From: Candidatus Brocadia sp.
GTDB taxonomy: Bacteria > Planctomycetota > Brocadiia > Brocadiales > Brocadiaceae
Reading direction: 5' to 3'
NCBI GenBank assembly: GCA_021650915.1
Contig: CP091279.1
Coordinates: forward strand, 3,750,001 to 3,782,000
Length of the DNA: 32,000 bases
How positions within the stretch are numbered: position 1 is the first letter of the stretch; the number at the start of each line of letters is the position of its first letter. Of the stretch, positions 1 to 10,177 are shown one piece after another. A program made the translations under genes and the position numbers. Below the pieces are notes generated by a model. The model had not been told where the DNA came from and did not search any database. It saw only the letters and a program-made list of their open reading frames with translations.

Positions 1-495
1 AACCCGGGAAGATACATCCTTGAAGATAATATGACGGTATTAAAAGCCATTTCAGCAGCGGGGGGTATTACCCCAGATGGATTTTATGGTAATGTAAAGC
101 TACGACGTAAGCAGAAAGATAGAAAAGAGTATAAGGAATTTGATATAGATCTTAAAAACACAAAAGAGAGTAGCATCAACGGCGATATGCCAATTGAATC
201 TGAGGATATCGTAGTTATTGACCGTAGCTATAATTTTTTTGTATATGGTGAAGTTATGAAGCCGGGTAAATTTACGCTTGAGGATTACACAACAGTCCTG
301 AAGGCCATATCCCTTGCTGGAGGTTTCGCGAAATATGGTTCTCTTGACAGAGTCAAAATCCTTCGAACAATTCCAGGTAAAACAGAATATGAAAATATCA
401 AAGTTGATATGAAAGGTGCCGTGAATGGGCAAGTTGGTAAAGATATCCGTTTAAAACCAGAAGATATAGTAGTCGTGTTAGAAGGCATTCTTTAA
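1..495 (+). CDS. Polysaccharide export protein (Wza/SLBB-domain family), C-terminal part; the 5' end lies outside the window
   Basis: Frame 1 is open from base 1 (NPGRYILEDN precedes the first Met at 31). It contains two tandem SLBB-like modules, each with a 'TVLKAIS(A/L)AGG' motif followed by an 'EDIVV' strand. The second module starts with 'FFVYGEVMKPGKFTLED'. The gene sits directly upstream of a Wzz/BY-kinase-like gene. Confidence 0.75.
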   Translation, partial: NPGRYILEDNMTVLKAISAAGGITPDGFYGNVKLRRKQKDRKEYKEFDIDLKNTKESSINGDMPIESEDIVVIDRSYNFFVYGEVMKPGKFTLEDYTTVLKAISLAGGFAKYGSLDRVKILRTIPGKTEYENIKVDMKGAVNGQVGKDIRLKPEDIVVVLEGIL

Positions 496-504
496 GGGGG
501 TGGT

Positions 505-2130
505 ATGAACTCGAATTTTCCCGGAAATACTTTGCGAGACTATTTAAGAATTATATTCAGACATAAGGCCGTAATTATAACCACATTTGTAGCCATAATG
601 GTAAGTGTTGTCATTGGGATGGAACTTAAGACGCCGATTTATACCGCCCAAGTTAAGATGCTCATCTCGGCAGAAAAGCTGATTGAATCTCCTTATTATA
701 AGGTTCTGGGTGGTTATCAACAGACAGAAATATCTCTTACTCAGAGTGAGATTGTCAATTCCAATCCTGTAATTGAGCGTGCTGTAAAGGCACTTATGCT
801 TGATCAACGTCCATTTGATTACGAAAAAAATTATTGTTCTCCGCTTAAAGCATATTTAATTGATTTATGGCATACGATGTCGAAACCTGCAGTCGATTTA
901 ATAAGCTCAGGGCTTAAGGCATCGAATTCCAATACCACTTTACCGGAAAATGAACAGTCGTATCCTTTTCGATTTGCGGTCGAAAGCCTCAAAGCTAAGA
1001 TATCAGTTGATCCAATAAGAGACACCAATTTATTCACAATAACCGCCAGTGACTTTAACCCAAGAACAGCCGCTATGATTGCAAATGTAGTTAGCCGTTC
1101 ATATATCATTTTTGATCTTGAGCAGCAACTGGCTGAACTCCAGTTACAATATGGAGAAAAACATCCGACTGTAGCACAATTAAAGGATAATATTAGTAAG
1201 ATGATCAAAAATCTTACCGGCGAAACACTTTCTAACATAGAGGCCATTGGTCCGGCAAGTGTTAAAATTGTTGAACAGGCGCAAGTTCCCCTTCAACCAA
1301 CAGGAACCAATAAACGTATTACCCTCCTTATTGCCTTTTTTATGAGCCCCTTTTTGGGAATTATGATTGCCTTCGGATTCGAGTATCTTGACCACACTTT
1401 TAAATCCCCACAAGATGTGGAAACGTTTCTCAATTTACCACTTCTGGGCTCTATCCCCAAAAAAGGTTTCAAAGATAAAACACTGATTAAAGATTCAAAA
1501 CGAATGATCGCTTTTACTCCTGCTTACCAGAACCTTTCTGATCAGATATATCTTTTAATGAAGGATAAAGGCTTAAAATCAATTTTAATGACCGCGCCTT
1601 CACCTTCGGACGGATCTACCACTATCATTGCCAATCTTGCCAATTTTCTATCAAGCAAAGCAGGCCATAAGGTGATGGTTATTGATGCCAACTTAAGGAC
1701 GCCGACAATCCACAAAGTCTTCAATATTTCTGGTAATACGGGTCTTGCGAATGTGCTCGAAGGTAAAGTCTCTTTGGAAGCGGCAGCTCATGAATTAAGT
1801 GCTAATTTGACGGTGTTGCCTGCTGGTAATACTACCCTTAATTCAACACCCCTCTTAGACTCAGCCCGTATGGCCAATATAATCTCATCGGTTAAAGAAA
1901 AGTATGAATTAATTTTTATTGACTACGCGAATTTAAGAAATTTTAAAGATGCTTGTGTTCTTTGTCCATATTTAGACGGAATTGCCTTGGTTGTGAGTGA
2001 AGGAAAAACTCGCCGCCATGTTCTGAAGGAACTGCTTACGCCCCTGAAGCATAAAAAAGCCAATCTGATTGGTGTTGTTTTAAATAATCGTACCTTTGCG
2101 ATTCCAAAAATGATTTATGAAAGAGTGTAG
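505..2130 (+). CDS. Polysaccharide co-polymerase (Wzz/GumC-like, two TM segments) fused to a BY-kinase/ParA-like P-loop domain with degenerate motifs
   Basis: An AAGGGGG Shine-Dalgarno (SD) sequence precedes the ATG. There is an N-terminal TM (VIITTFVAIMVSVVIG), a long periplasmic coiled region and a second TM (ITLLIAFFMSPFLGIMIAFGF). The C-terminal domain aligns to CapB/Wzc kinases ('SILMTAPSPSDGSTTIIANLA...KVMVIDANLRTP...YELIFIDYANL'). The position after the Wza-like gene is typical of this family. Confidence 0.8.
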   Translation: MNSNFPGNTLRDYLRIIFRHKAVIITTFVAIMVSVVIGMELKTPIYTAQVKMLISAEKLIESPYYKVLGGYQQTEISLTQSEIVNSNPVIERAVKALMLDQRPFDYEKNYCSPLKAYLIDLWHTMSKPAVDLISSGLKASNSNTTLPENEQSYPFRFAVESLKAKISVDPIRDTNLFTITASDFNPRTAAMIANVVSRSYIIFDLEQQLAELQLQYGEKHPTVAQLKDNISKMIKNLTGETLSNIEAIGPASVKIVEQAQVPLQPTGTNKRITLLIAFFMSPFLGIMIAFGFEYLDHTFKSPQDVETFLNLPLLGSIPKKGFKDKTLIKDSKRMIAFTPAYQNLSDQIYLLMKDKGLKSILMTAPSPSDGSTTIIANLANFLSSKAGHKVMVIDANLRTPTIHKVFNISGNTGLANVLEGKVSLEAAAHELSANLTVLPAGNTTLNSTPLLDSARMANIISSVKEKYELIFIDYANLRNFKDACVLCPYLDGIALVVSEGKTRRHVLKELLTPLKHKKANLIGVVLNNRTFAIPKMIYERV

Positions 2131-2375
2131 CTGGAGTTTGTAAAGTAACAATCCCGGGTTCTCAGCTAGCTGTATGATCTCATGATCCTGCGTAACTCCG
2201 TCTTTATTAGTGTTTATGGAAATTTGTACAACCAAGCACTCGCTACCCATGCTACAAAATTTGCGCATCCATGAGTCTCCCCCTTTGGTTCATGAGTTTT
2301 CTCTGCCAACTGAAAAAACTTAATTTGGACAAGAATAAAGAAAGATTTTAAAAATATTTTAGAGGAGGAATATTT

Positions 2376-3530
2376 GTGAAAAAGGCTTTAATAACCGGAA
2401 TCACCGGACAGGATGGTTCGTACCTGGCAGAATTTTTACTTTCCAAGGGATATGAGGTGCATGGGATTATAAGAAGGGCATCAACATTTAATACCCATCG
2501 AATAGACCATATTTATATTGACCCGCATACACCCAAAGCAAAACTTCTCCTTCATTATGGAGACCTTTCAGACCCTGGTCTTATAACTGAAATCGTATGG
2601 AATATAAAACCAGATGAGATATATCATTTGGGCGCACAATCTCATGTCAGAGTTTCTTTTGATATGCCAGAATTTACTGGAAATATAACTGGTTTAGGAA
2701 CTACGCGAATTTTAGAGGCCATAAGAAGGAGCGGGATAAAAACCAGGTTCTATCAGGCCTCATCTTCGGAAATGTTTGGCGCATCTTTGCCCCCTCAAAA
2801 TGAAAAAACACCTTTTTACCCCCGAAGCCCTTATGCGGTAGCAAAACTTTATGCCTACTGGATAACAGTCAATTATAGAGAGGGATATAGACTCTTTGCC
2901 TGCAATGGAATACTTTTTAATCACGAGAGCCCCCGCAGAGGAGAGACATTTGTGACAAGAAAAATTACAAAGGCGATTGCCAATATCCTCACGGGAAAAC
3001 AGAAAAAAATATTCATGGGAAATTTAAATGCAAAAAGAGACTGGGGATTTGCTCCTGAGTATGTAGAGGCAATGTGGCTCATGAACCAGCAAGATGAACC
3101 AGATGATTACGTGATAGGGACTGGAGAAAGTTATTCAGTAAAAGAATTTGTAGAAAAAGCATGTAAATATGCTGGTATAGAAATAGAATGGAAAGGGGAA
3201 GGAATAGAAGAAAAAGGATTTATAAAAAGTATAGACAAAAGATGGAGGGACAATCTTAAACCTGGTGGTGTGTTGATAGAAATAGATCCTAAATATTTCC
3301 GACCTACTGAAGTCGAACATCTTAAATCCGATATAACAAAAGCAAAACAGAAACTTAACTGGCAACCAAGAACTACTTTTGATGAGTTAATAAAGATCAT
3401 GGTTGATTATGATATGCAGCTTATGGGGCTTACCCCTCTGGGGAAAGGGATAGAAATTTCAAAGAAAAAAGGGTTCGAATATACCGATCATGATTTTTCG
3501 TTCTATGAGAAGGTGAGAGAAGGGTGTTAA
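2376..3530 (+). CDS. gmd: GDP-mannose 4,6-dehydratase
   Basis: The GTG start lies 7 nt after GAGGAGG (2362-2368). Diagnostic motifs are '[19 protein letters not shown]' (Rossmann), 'SSSEMFG', '[10 protein letters not shown]' (Y-x3-K) and '[10 protein letters not shown]'. Confidence 0.97.
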   Translation: MKKALITGITGQDGSYLAEFLLSKGYEVHGIIRRASTFNTHRIDHIYIDPHTPKAKLLLHYGDLSDPGLITEIVWNIKPDEIYHLGAQSHVRVSFDMPEFTGNITGLGTTRILEAIRRSGIKTRFYQASSSEMFGASLPPQNEKTPFYPRSPYAVAKLYAYWITVNYREGYRLFACNGILFNHESPRRGETFVTRKITKAIANILTGKQKKIFMGNLNAKRDWGFAPEYVEAMWLMNQQDEPDDYVIGTGESYSVKEFVEKACKYAGIEIEWKGEGIEEKGFIKSIDKRWRDNLKPGGVLIEIDPKYFRPTEVEHLKSDITKAKQKLNWQPRTTFDELIKIMVDYDMQLMGLTPLGKGIEISKKKGFEYTDHDFSFYEKVREGC

Positions 3531-3580
3531 GTGTCTCTCTCCTCGAACAAATGTCGAATCGCAAATGACCATGAATACCA

Positions 3581-4711
3581 ATGAATAATTTAATAACTAT
3601 GCATCATAACTCTAAAATCTACGTTGCCGGACACAGAGGCTTAGTTGGTTCGGCTATTTTGCGTAAACTTCAAGGGTCAGGTTACAAAAACATTATCACC
3701 AAAACCCATGAAGATCTGGACTTAACGCGACAGTCTGAAGTTGAAATGCTTTTTAAAGAGGAAAAGCCGGAATTCGTTTTTTTGTCTGCAGCTAAGGTTG
3801 GTGGAATATTTGCCAACTGTACTTACAAGGCAGAGTTCATTTACCAAAATATTATGATTGCTGCGAATGTGATTCATGCCAGTTATAAATATGGCGTTAC
3901 AAAATTGCTAAACCTTGGTTCTTCCTGTATATATCCCAAATATGCTCCACAACCGATGGTGGAAGAATATTTACTTACCGGGAGTCTTGAATCTACCAAT
4001 GAGCCATATGCAATAGCAAAGATATCTGCAATAAAACTTTGCAGATATTTTAACGAACAATATGGGACAAACTTTATCTCTGCAATGCCTACGAACCTAT
4101 ATGGTTTGAATGATAACTTTGACTTGAAGACATCACATGTGTTACCGGCTCTAATAAGGAAAATGCATCTTGGAAAGTGTTTGCAGCACGGAGATTTTGA
4201 TTCCATCAGAAAAGATTTAAAAAAATATCCGATAGATAGTCAGAACATACGTCATTTAAACGAAGAAGAGATTGTCGGTCTTCTTTCTGAAGTTGGAATC
4301 AAAAGCAATTTTCCAACAAAACTGAAACCTGAAACTAAAAATTTACAACGAACAACGACTGTTGATGTCTGGGGAACCGGATCCCCTTATCGTGAATTTC
4401 TCCATGCAAATGATCTGGCCGATGCCTGTATCTTTTTAATGCAAAACTATAATGCTCGTGACATGCAAGAGTTCATAAATGTTGGCACAGGCAAAGAATT
4501 AAGGATTGTAGAACTTGCTGAGATGATTAAGGAAATCGTGGGATTTAGAGGAGAAATACGATGGGATGCTTCGAAATCTGATGGGACACCAAGGAAGCTT
4601 TTAAGCATTGAAAAAATAAATAAACTGGGTTGGAAGGCAAAGATTAATTTGCACGAAGGAATTAAAGGTGTTTATGAAAAATATTTAGAAAGTCAGCTTC
4701 AGTTAAAATGA
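3581..4711 (+). CDS. fcl: GDP-L-fucose synthase (GDP-4-keto-6-deoxymannose 3,5-epimerase/4-reductase), long variant
   Basis: Motifs present are 'KIYVAGHRGLVGSAI', 'GSSCIYPK', 'PYAIAKISAIK' (Y-x3-K) and 'VWGTGSPYREFLH'. It lies directly downstream of gmd. An alternative start is Met7 at 3599. Confidence 0.93.
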   Translation: MNNLITMHHNSKIYVAGHRGLVGSAILRKLQGSGYKNIITKTHEDLDLTRQSEVEMLFKEEKPEFVFLSAAKVGGIFANCTYKAEFIYQNIMIAANVIHASYKYGVTKLLNLGSSCIYPKYAPQPMVEEYLLTGSLESTNEPYAIAKISAIKLCRYFNEQYGTNFISAMPTNLYGLNDNFDLKTSHVLPALIRKMHLGKCLQHGDFDSIRKDLKKYPIDSQNIRHLNEEEIVGLLSEVGIKSNFPTKLKPETKNLQRTTTVDVWGTGSPYREFLHANDLADACIFLMQNYNARDMQEFINVGTGKELRIVELAEMIKEIVGFRGEIRWDASKSDGTPRKLLSIEKINKLGWKAKINLHEGIKGVYEKYLESQLQLK

Positions 4712-6237
4712 GTTTAAGAAAAAAATACGTAAAAAATAGTTTTTTAAATGTTTCTGGCTGGTTATGGCTTGCCATTGTTAATGTTGTTACTACCCCTTAT
4801 ATTTTCCATAAACTCGGGTATGATCAATATGGGATATTATCATTAGTTTTAACCGTTTTAGGCTATTTTGCTTTTCTCGATTTTGGGTTGGGAGATGCCG
4901 TAATTAAATTTGTTGCCCATTACAATACCTTAAAAGATTATCGAAAAATTAACAGAATCATTAGTTCTATATTTTTGCTTTACTTAGCCATAGGAATAGT
5001 GGGGGGTGTATTAATATTCCTGTTTGCAAAGTATTTTGCGTTAAATTTATTTAAAGTACCGTTAGAATTTCAATCAAAATCACTATACTGCTTTTATATT
5101 GGCGCATTTGGCTTTTCTCTTAATTTAGTTTTTGCAGTAATATCTAAAATTCCAGAAGCGATTCAGCGATTCGATATCAGTAATGTTGTGAATGTTTGCA
5201 TTGGGTCGTTCGTTACTTTCGCAAATGTCACCATTTTGTTTTTGGGATACGGATTGCAAGAGTTAGTTGTCGTTAACTTAATGAGCACTTTTGTAGGAAT
5301 TATCACCTTTTACGTCATCATAAAGAAAGCACTTCCTGATTTTAAAATCTTTATTTATTTTTCCTTAGAAGAAATGAGAGAAGTCTTTAGTTATGGTCTT
5401 TACACGTTATTCACAAAATTTTCAAGCATTATTTCTCAATCGATTAATCAATTGATTATTGGTGTTGTATTAGGTCCTGCCGGTATCGGAGTAATCAATA
5501 TTCCTTCAAAACTGGTAAGTCGCTTCACAACGCTGGTAAGTAGGATTGCTTATATTGTTTTTCCGTTGACGAGTGAGCTGTGCGCATTGAACGATTTAAC
5601 AAAAATTAAAAGCATTTATTTGAAACTTTCAAGATATGTTTACATAATTAGCAGTTTGTTTTTCTTAATACTGATAGCATATTCCAAGAGCATCCTTTAT
5701 TTTTGGATGGGAAACGATTTTGCTCAGAAAGCTTATTTGCCCATGGTTATAATAACGATTTCAATGTATCTGGTGACGGCAACAATGATTCCAAGCTTGA
5801 TAGCCATTGGAATGACAAAACCAAAATATAATGCGCTCTTCTCATTTATAGGGGCAGCAACGAATGCAATTTTTATATATCCTTTGACGAAGTATTACGG
5901 TCTGACAGGTAGTGCACTTTCTGTTTTATTGGGAAGTTTTAATAGTCCGTTTTTTATCTTTTTCTTTAATAAAAAGATATTAAACATAAATAATTATACC
6001 TATTTTTTCAATGCTTTTACAAAGGTTACTATAATGAATCTCGGTTTCTTGATCTTGTTTTCATTATTCCAGAGATTTATTATTCAAAATATCTTCAGCT
6101 TTTGTCTTGTTCTCTTTCTTTCGGAAATAATGATGATAGGATTATTTTATCTATACGGCTTATACAATGAAGACAGACAAGCGGTAAAATTGAAGCTTAT
6201 AGGGGTTATTGCCAAGAGAAGAATACGTAGCCTGTAA
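4708..6237 (+). CDS. Wzx-type polysaccharide flippase (MOP/polysaccharide biosynthesis protein family)
   Basis: The 509-aa product is very hydrophobic with many predicted TM helices. Its ATG overlaps the fcl stop (ATGA at 4708-4711), suggesting translational coupling. The N-terminus 'LNVSGWLWLAIVNVVTTPYIFHKLGYDQYGI' is typical of Wzx/RfbX proteins. Confidence 0.8.
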   Translation: MSLRKKYVKNSFLNVSGWLWLAIVNVVTTPYIFHKLGYDQYGILSLVLTVLGYFAFLDFGLGDAVIKFVAHYNTLKDYRKINRIISSIFLLYLAIGIVGGVLIFLFAKYFALNLFKVPLEFQSKSLYCFYIGAFGFSLNLVFAVISKIPEAIQRFDISNVVNVCIGSFVTFANVTILFLGYGLQELVVVNLMSTFVGIITFYVIIKKALPDFKIFIYFSLEEMREVFSYGLYTLFTKFSSIISQSINQLIIGVVLGPAGIGVINIPSKLVSRFTTLVSRIAYIVFPLTSELCALNDLTKIKSIYLKLSRYVYIISSLFFLILIAYSKSILYFWMGNDFAQKAYLPMVIITISMYLVTATMIPSLIAIGMTKPKYNALFSFIGAATNAIFIYPLTKYYGLTGSALSVLLGSFNSPFFIFFFNKKILNINNYTYFFNAFTKVTIMNLGFLILFSLFQRFIIQNIFSFCLVLFLSEIMMIGLFYLYGLYNEDRQAVKLKLIGVIAKRRIRSL

Positions 6238-6382
6238 AAGTTTTTGGTACGCCTTAAGCCACGTTACAAAATGTTTTATGATTGATGAGTACCCTTAATC
6301 ATAGTTAGAGCCGCCTTAAAGCAAATCCTCTCATAAGATTTTTACTTGTTCAAGATAAGGAATATATAAAAAGACATTGAAA

Positions 6383-7651
6383 ATGAAAATTCTTCACATC
6401 AATCAACAGGATGCTTGCGGAGGAGCGGCAGCAATTGCCAATTGTTTAGTAGAAAGGTTGAACAATTATGGAATTCATTCCGAACTCTGGTATTTCAATA
6501 GAAAAGGTACTGATGGAAGATATTCAAAATGTATTTACCCAGGACTGGAGCATTATAGAAAAAATATTTTTTTAAATACGATTTTAAGTAAACTCGTATA
6601 TTATCACTACCTGTATCTAGGAGATGTGAGAAATCCCTTTTTTACGGGAGTTGTTAAAAGAATACACGAGTGGAAGCCCAGTATCATTCATCTCCACAAT
6701 TTACATGGGGGTTGGGCAGACTTAATGTCAATTGCAAAGCTCAGCGAGCAGATACGCGTCATCATTACTTTGCATGATGAATGGCTAATTACGGGTCACT
6801 GTGGAATTACTGTTGATTGTGTTGGTTGGCAGGATTCATGTTCTGTATGTCCTGATTTGCTTCGTTACATTCCCGTTAATCGACCGATAACCAAGAAACT
6901 AAGAAAAGAAAAATCAACGTTTCTTGCAATGCTGGCAAAAAATAAGGCAATTTTAGTTGCACCCACTGCATGGATAAAAAGACAATTTATAACAAGTGGA
7001 TTATGGGAAGGCGGAGAAATAATTGTTATTCCCAATGGAATTGATACATCAATATTTGAAAAACAGAAGATCGATAAATCGTATGCAAGAAAAGAATTAA
7101 ATCTTCTAAGCGACGAAAAAATTGCTTTTTTTGCTGCGGAAGGTGGTACGGCTAATCCATGGAAAGGTTTTCCTGCAATTACGGAAGCTCTTAAAATGTT
7201 TCCCGATAAAAGGAAGTTTACTATTTTAGTTGCAGGGGATGTGATAGAATCTAGAATCATAGAGAGGGTAAAAGATGTTGATATAGTTAAAGTCGGTTAT
7301 GCGAATAAGGAGACACTGAATAAATGTTACGCAGCAGCCGATATTTTCATTTATCCTACCAAATCAGATAATTGCAGTCTTGCTCTCCTTGAAGCGATGG
7401 CCGCAGGACTTCCCATAATAGCGACCGCGGTAGGAGGTAATCCTGAATTAATTGTACAAAAAGAAACTGGCATTCTTGTCCCAAAAGAAAGACCTGATCT
7501 ACTTATGCAGGCCATTCTTGATTTTATGGATAACAAATATGACTACGCGGCGATGGGACTCAAAGCAAAGGAACGCGCAATCTCGTTCTTTGATAAGGAA
7601 CTGATGGTTTCGAAATACGTAAACTTATATCAGAAGTGTATGAATTCGTAA
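6383..7651 (+). CDS. Glycosyltransferase family 4 (GT-B fold)
   Basis: 'MKILHI' is a typical GT4 N-terminus, and the C-terminal motif is 'PTKSDNCSLALLEAMAAGLPIIATAVGGNPELI'. The ORF track starts at TTG 6377. I prefer ATG 6383, two codons downstream. Confidence 0.88.
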   Translation: MKILHINQQDACGGAAAIANCLVERLNNYGIHSELWYFNRKGTDGRYSKCIYPGLEHYRKNIFLNTILSKLVYYHYLYLGDVRNPFFTGVVKRIHEWKPSIIHLHNLHGGWADLMSIAKLSEQIRVIITLHDEWLITGHCGITVDCVGWQDSCSVCPDLLRYIPVNRPITKKLRKEKSTFLAMLAKNKAILVAPTAWIKRQFITSGLWEGGEIIVIPNGIDTSIFEKQKIDKSYARKELNLLSDEKIAFFAAEGGTANPWKGFPAITEALKMFPDKRKFTILVAGDVIESRIIERVKDVDIVKVGYANKETLNKCYAAADIFIYPTKSDNCSLALLEAMAAGLPIIATAVGGNPELIVQKETGILVPKERPDLLMQAILDFMDNKYDYAAMGLKAKERAISFFDKELMVSKYVNLYQKCMNS

Positions 7652-7708
7652 CGTTTGTATTTACGGCATAGAGATCGATCCAGCAAAAATTCGGTTAGAA
7701 AAAGATAC

Positions 7709-9178
7709 ATGGAAAATGTATTAATAAATACTCTAAAAGGCAAAACATCCTCAGTCGTTAAATGTGTCAGCGTAATTTGCCTATCTGTTTCATTAGGAGT
7801 TGCCTTCGTAAGACTCTCATTGTTTCATTTTGCATGCTTTCTTGTTAGCCTCATTTTCCCCTTTTTGTTTTTCCAGCCATATATTTTTTTACTGCTTTTA
7901 ACTGGTATTCTCGTTCTGTTTCCCAATGTGGGTTTTGGTGTCAGGGAAGGTGTTACTGTTTTTAATATTTATGGCAAAGGCTCTGGAGTCCTTCCAATTC
8001 CTCTTTTTAGTGTTGGTCTGTTTTGCCTTTTTTTAAGCGCTTATATTAAAGTTACTTCGACCAGAATAAGATCTGGTTCAAAATTAATATTCCTTGATTG
8101 GTCCATAATTCTGCTCTTGTTTTTTTCTGTGAGCTACATTCTTGTTGCCTTTCTTGTTAATCCTAAAGGAATATCGATGGATGGATTCCGGCATGCGGTG
8201 TCACAAAGGGGTGTCATGGGATATGTGCAATTCGGCATTATGTATTTCATAGTCAATCTCATCATCTCTGAAAAGGGACAATTACTGCAACTGAACAGGT
8301 TGATTTTTACCTTAGCTTTAGGAAGGGCTGCATATGGCATAATACGGTTTCTATTTTTTGGAGGTGACCCGGCTAACTTTTATGCAAATTATGAAGGTAG
8401 GCAGGTAAAATTGACTTTTTTTGATATTTACGATTCGGCATTCTTTATGTATATTTTTTCCTTTTGCTTTATCAATATTCTAAAATTATTAAATCAGAAG
8501 AAACACTTGATTTTCGCAATTTTACTTTCTGGAATAAATATCGTATTTTCTTTTAGAAGAACTGTATGGATCGGCTTTATTTTCTCCCTCTTATACCTTT
8601 CTTTCAATCTCGATAAAGGCAAGAGGATCTTTGTTTATGGTCTATTATTATTAATCTTCGTAATATCTATTCCTATAGCCTCATCGAGATTTGATTCACA
8701 GCACAGTATTTTTAGTGACCTAAGCCTTGATTATTCTAGCTCAAGGGGTATGGGAAGATTTGGTGAGCTTTTTTATGCTATCAAAACGATAGCAAAATCT
8801 CCTCTCTATGGCCTCGGTGCAACGGGTCGCTACGATGCACCAACAGTGTTTCAGTGGCGCGTATCTACTGAGATAGTGCATAGTACCATTGTACATATTG
8901 CCCTTAAGATGGGTATTTTAGGGCTGATTTTATTCTTCCTTATAGTTATTGGTGTGTACACGTTGCGTTCTTGGAATAGAGAAAGTACCTTACACGACCG
9001 TGATTGTGCGGTGATTTTTTATTCGGCGTATTCTACCCTGATTTTTTTGTTGCCAGATATTTTCTTTGCTCCGTCTTTAATAGAACTCAGACACAGCGTC
9101 GGCCTTGGTCTTTTTGTTGGATTAGTAAGCGTTTCAGCTCGATTTTTAGGTCAAGAACACAAACTACGCGTGGTCTGA
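7709..9178 (+). CDS. Wzy/O-antigen-ligase-like polytopic membrane protein (putative polysaccharide polymerase)
   Basis: This is a highly hydrophobic multi-TM protein in a polysaccharide locus. It has a 'FRRTVWIGFIFSLLYLSF' segment followed by a larger loop ('GMGRFGELFYAIKTIAKSPLYGLGATGRYD'), as in Wzy_C-type proteins. The start is ambiguous between TTG 7655 (ORF track) and ATG 7709. Confidence 0.65.
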   Translation: MENVLINTLKGKTSSVVKCVSVICLSVSLGVAFVRLSLFHFACFLVSLIFPFLFFQPYIFLLLLTGILVLFPNVGFGVREGVTVFNIYGKGSGVLPIPLFSVGLFCLFLSAYIKVTSTRIRSGSKLIFLDWSIILLLFFSVSYILVAFLVNPKGISMDGFRHAVSQRGVMGYVQFGIMYFIVNLIISEKGQLLQLNRLIFTLALGRAAYGIIRFLFFGGDPANFYANYEGRQVKLTFFDIYDSAFFMYIFSFCFINILKLLNQKKHLIFAILLSGINIVFSFRRTVWIGFIFSLLYLSFNLDKGKRIFVYGLLLLIFVISIPIASSRFDSQHSIFSDLSLDYSSSRGMGRFGELFYAIKTIAKSPLYGLGATGRYDAPTVFQWRVSTEIVHSTIVHIALKMGILGLILFFLIVIGVYTLRSWNRESTLHDRDCAVIFYSAYSTLIFLLPDIFFAPSLIELRHSVGLGLFVGLVSVSARFLGQEHKLRVV

Positions 9179-9181
9179 GGA

Positions 9182-10177
9182 ATGCAAAGAATATACATGA
9201 AAGTTTCAATAATAACACCTACCTATAACAGGGGAAATCTTATAGCGCATACCCTCGAGTCTGTATTAAATCAATCTTACCACAATATAGAACATATCGT
9301 TATCGACGGTAGTTCAACGGATAATACGGTGGATGTTTTAGAACGATATAAGAAGAAATACCACATGACGTACCTCTCAAGGATTGACAAAGGGATGTAT
9401 TATGCAATTAACGATGGCATTAGCATGGCAACTGGTGACATTATTGCGTATTTGAATAGTGATGATTTGTATTTCCCATGGACGGTGCAGAAAGCAGTTG
9501 AAACTTTTCAAAGCAATAGAGATTTAGATATGATTTACGGGGACTCAATGGTATGGGATTTCATTACCAATAAAATATATTTAAATATTTACGCCCCACA
9601 CAGACGATATTGGTTACCTATGGGTGGAGTATTGTGTCAGCCAACGGTGTTCTTGCGAAGACGAGTTTTCGACAGGGTTGGATACTTCAATACGGAATTT
9701 AAGTACCTGGCAGATTGTGAGTTTTGGAATAGGATTAATAATCATGCTGATCTTCTTATTTCAAAGGTGGACGAGGTGATGGCTATTGAATGTAATCATG
9801 GCGATACCCTGAGGGAAACTATGAAAAATGAATTGTCTAAGGATAAAAATAAAATTGCATTCCTATACCGTAAGAAACATAACAACAGCGGTTTAACGGG
9901 ATGGTTAAAATTAGTAATCTATGTACAAAGAGAGGTTAAAATATGGGAATTTGTTTTGAGATGCTATCTCAAAACAAATAGCAAGCGTATGAGATGGTAT
10001 AATTTTTTAGAAACATACAATGTTCGCTTCTTCTTTTTCAATTATATTTTCTGTAAGTTATTTCACGACAGGGCAAGATTTTCACGATTTTCAATAGAAG
10101 AGAAAGAAAAAGGCTCTGCTGGGTTGTGCATGGATAAATTTCAGAACGTAATAAGGCCACAGCCAAATCCGCCCTAA
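9182..10177 (+). CDS. Glycosyltransferase family 2
   Basis: Motifs present are 'KVSIITPTYNRGNLIAHTLESVLNQSY', 'VIDGSSTDNT' and 'YLNSDDLY' (DxD-type). An alternative start is ATG 9197 (MKVSIITP). Confidence 0.88.
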   Translation: MQRIYMKVSIITPTYNRGNLIAHTLESVLNQSYHNIEHIVIDGSSTDNTVDVLERYKKKYHMTYLSRIDKGMYYAINDGISMATGDIIAYLNSDDLYFPWTVQKAVETFQSNRDLDMIYGDSMVWDFITNKIYLNIYAPHRRYWLPMGGVLCQPTVFLRRRVFDRVGYFNTEFKYLADCEFWNRINNHADLLISKVDEVMAIECNHGDTLRETMKNELSKDKNKIAFLYRKKHNNSGLTGWLKLVIYVQREVKIWEFVLRCYLKTNSKRMRWYNFLETYNVRFFFFNYIFCKLFHDRARFSRFSIEEKEKGSAGLCMDKFQNVIRPQPNPP

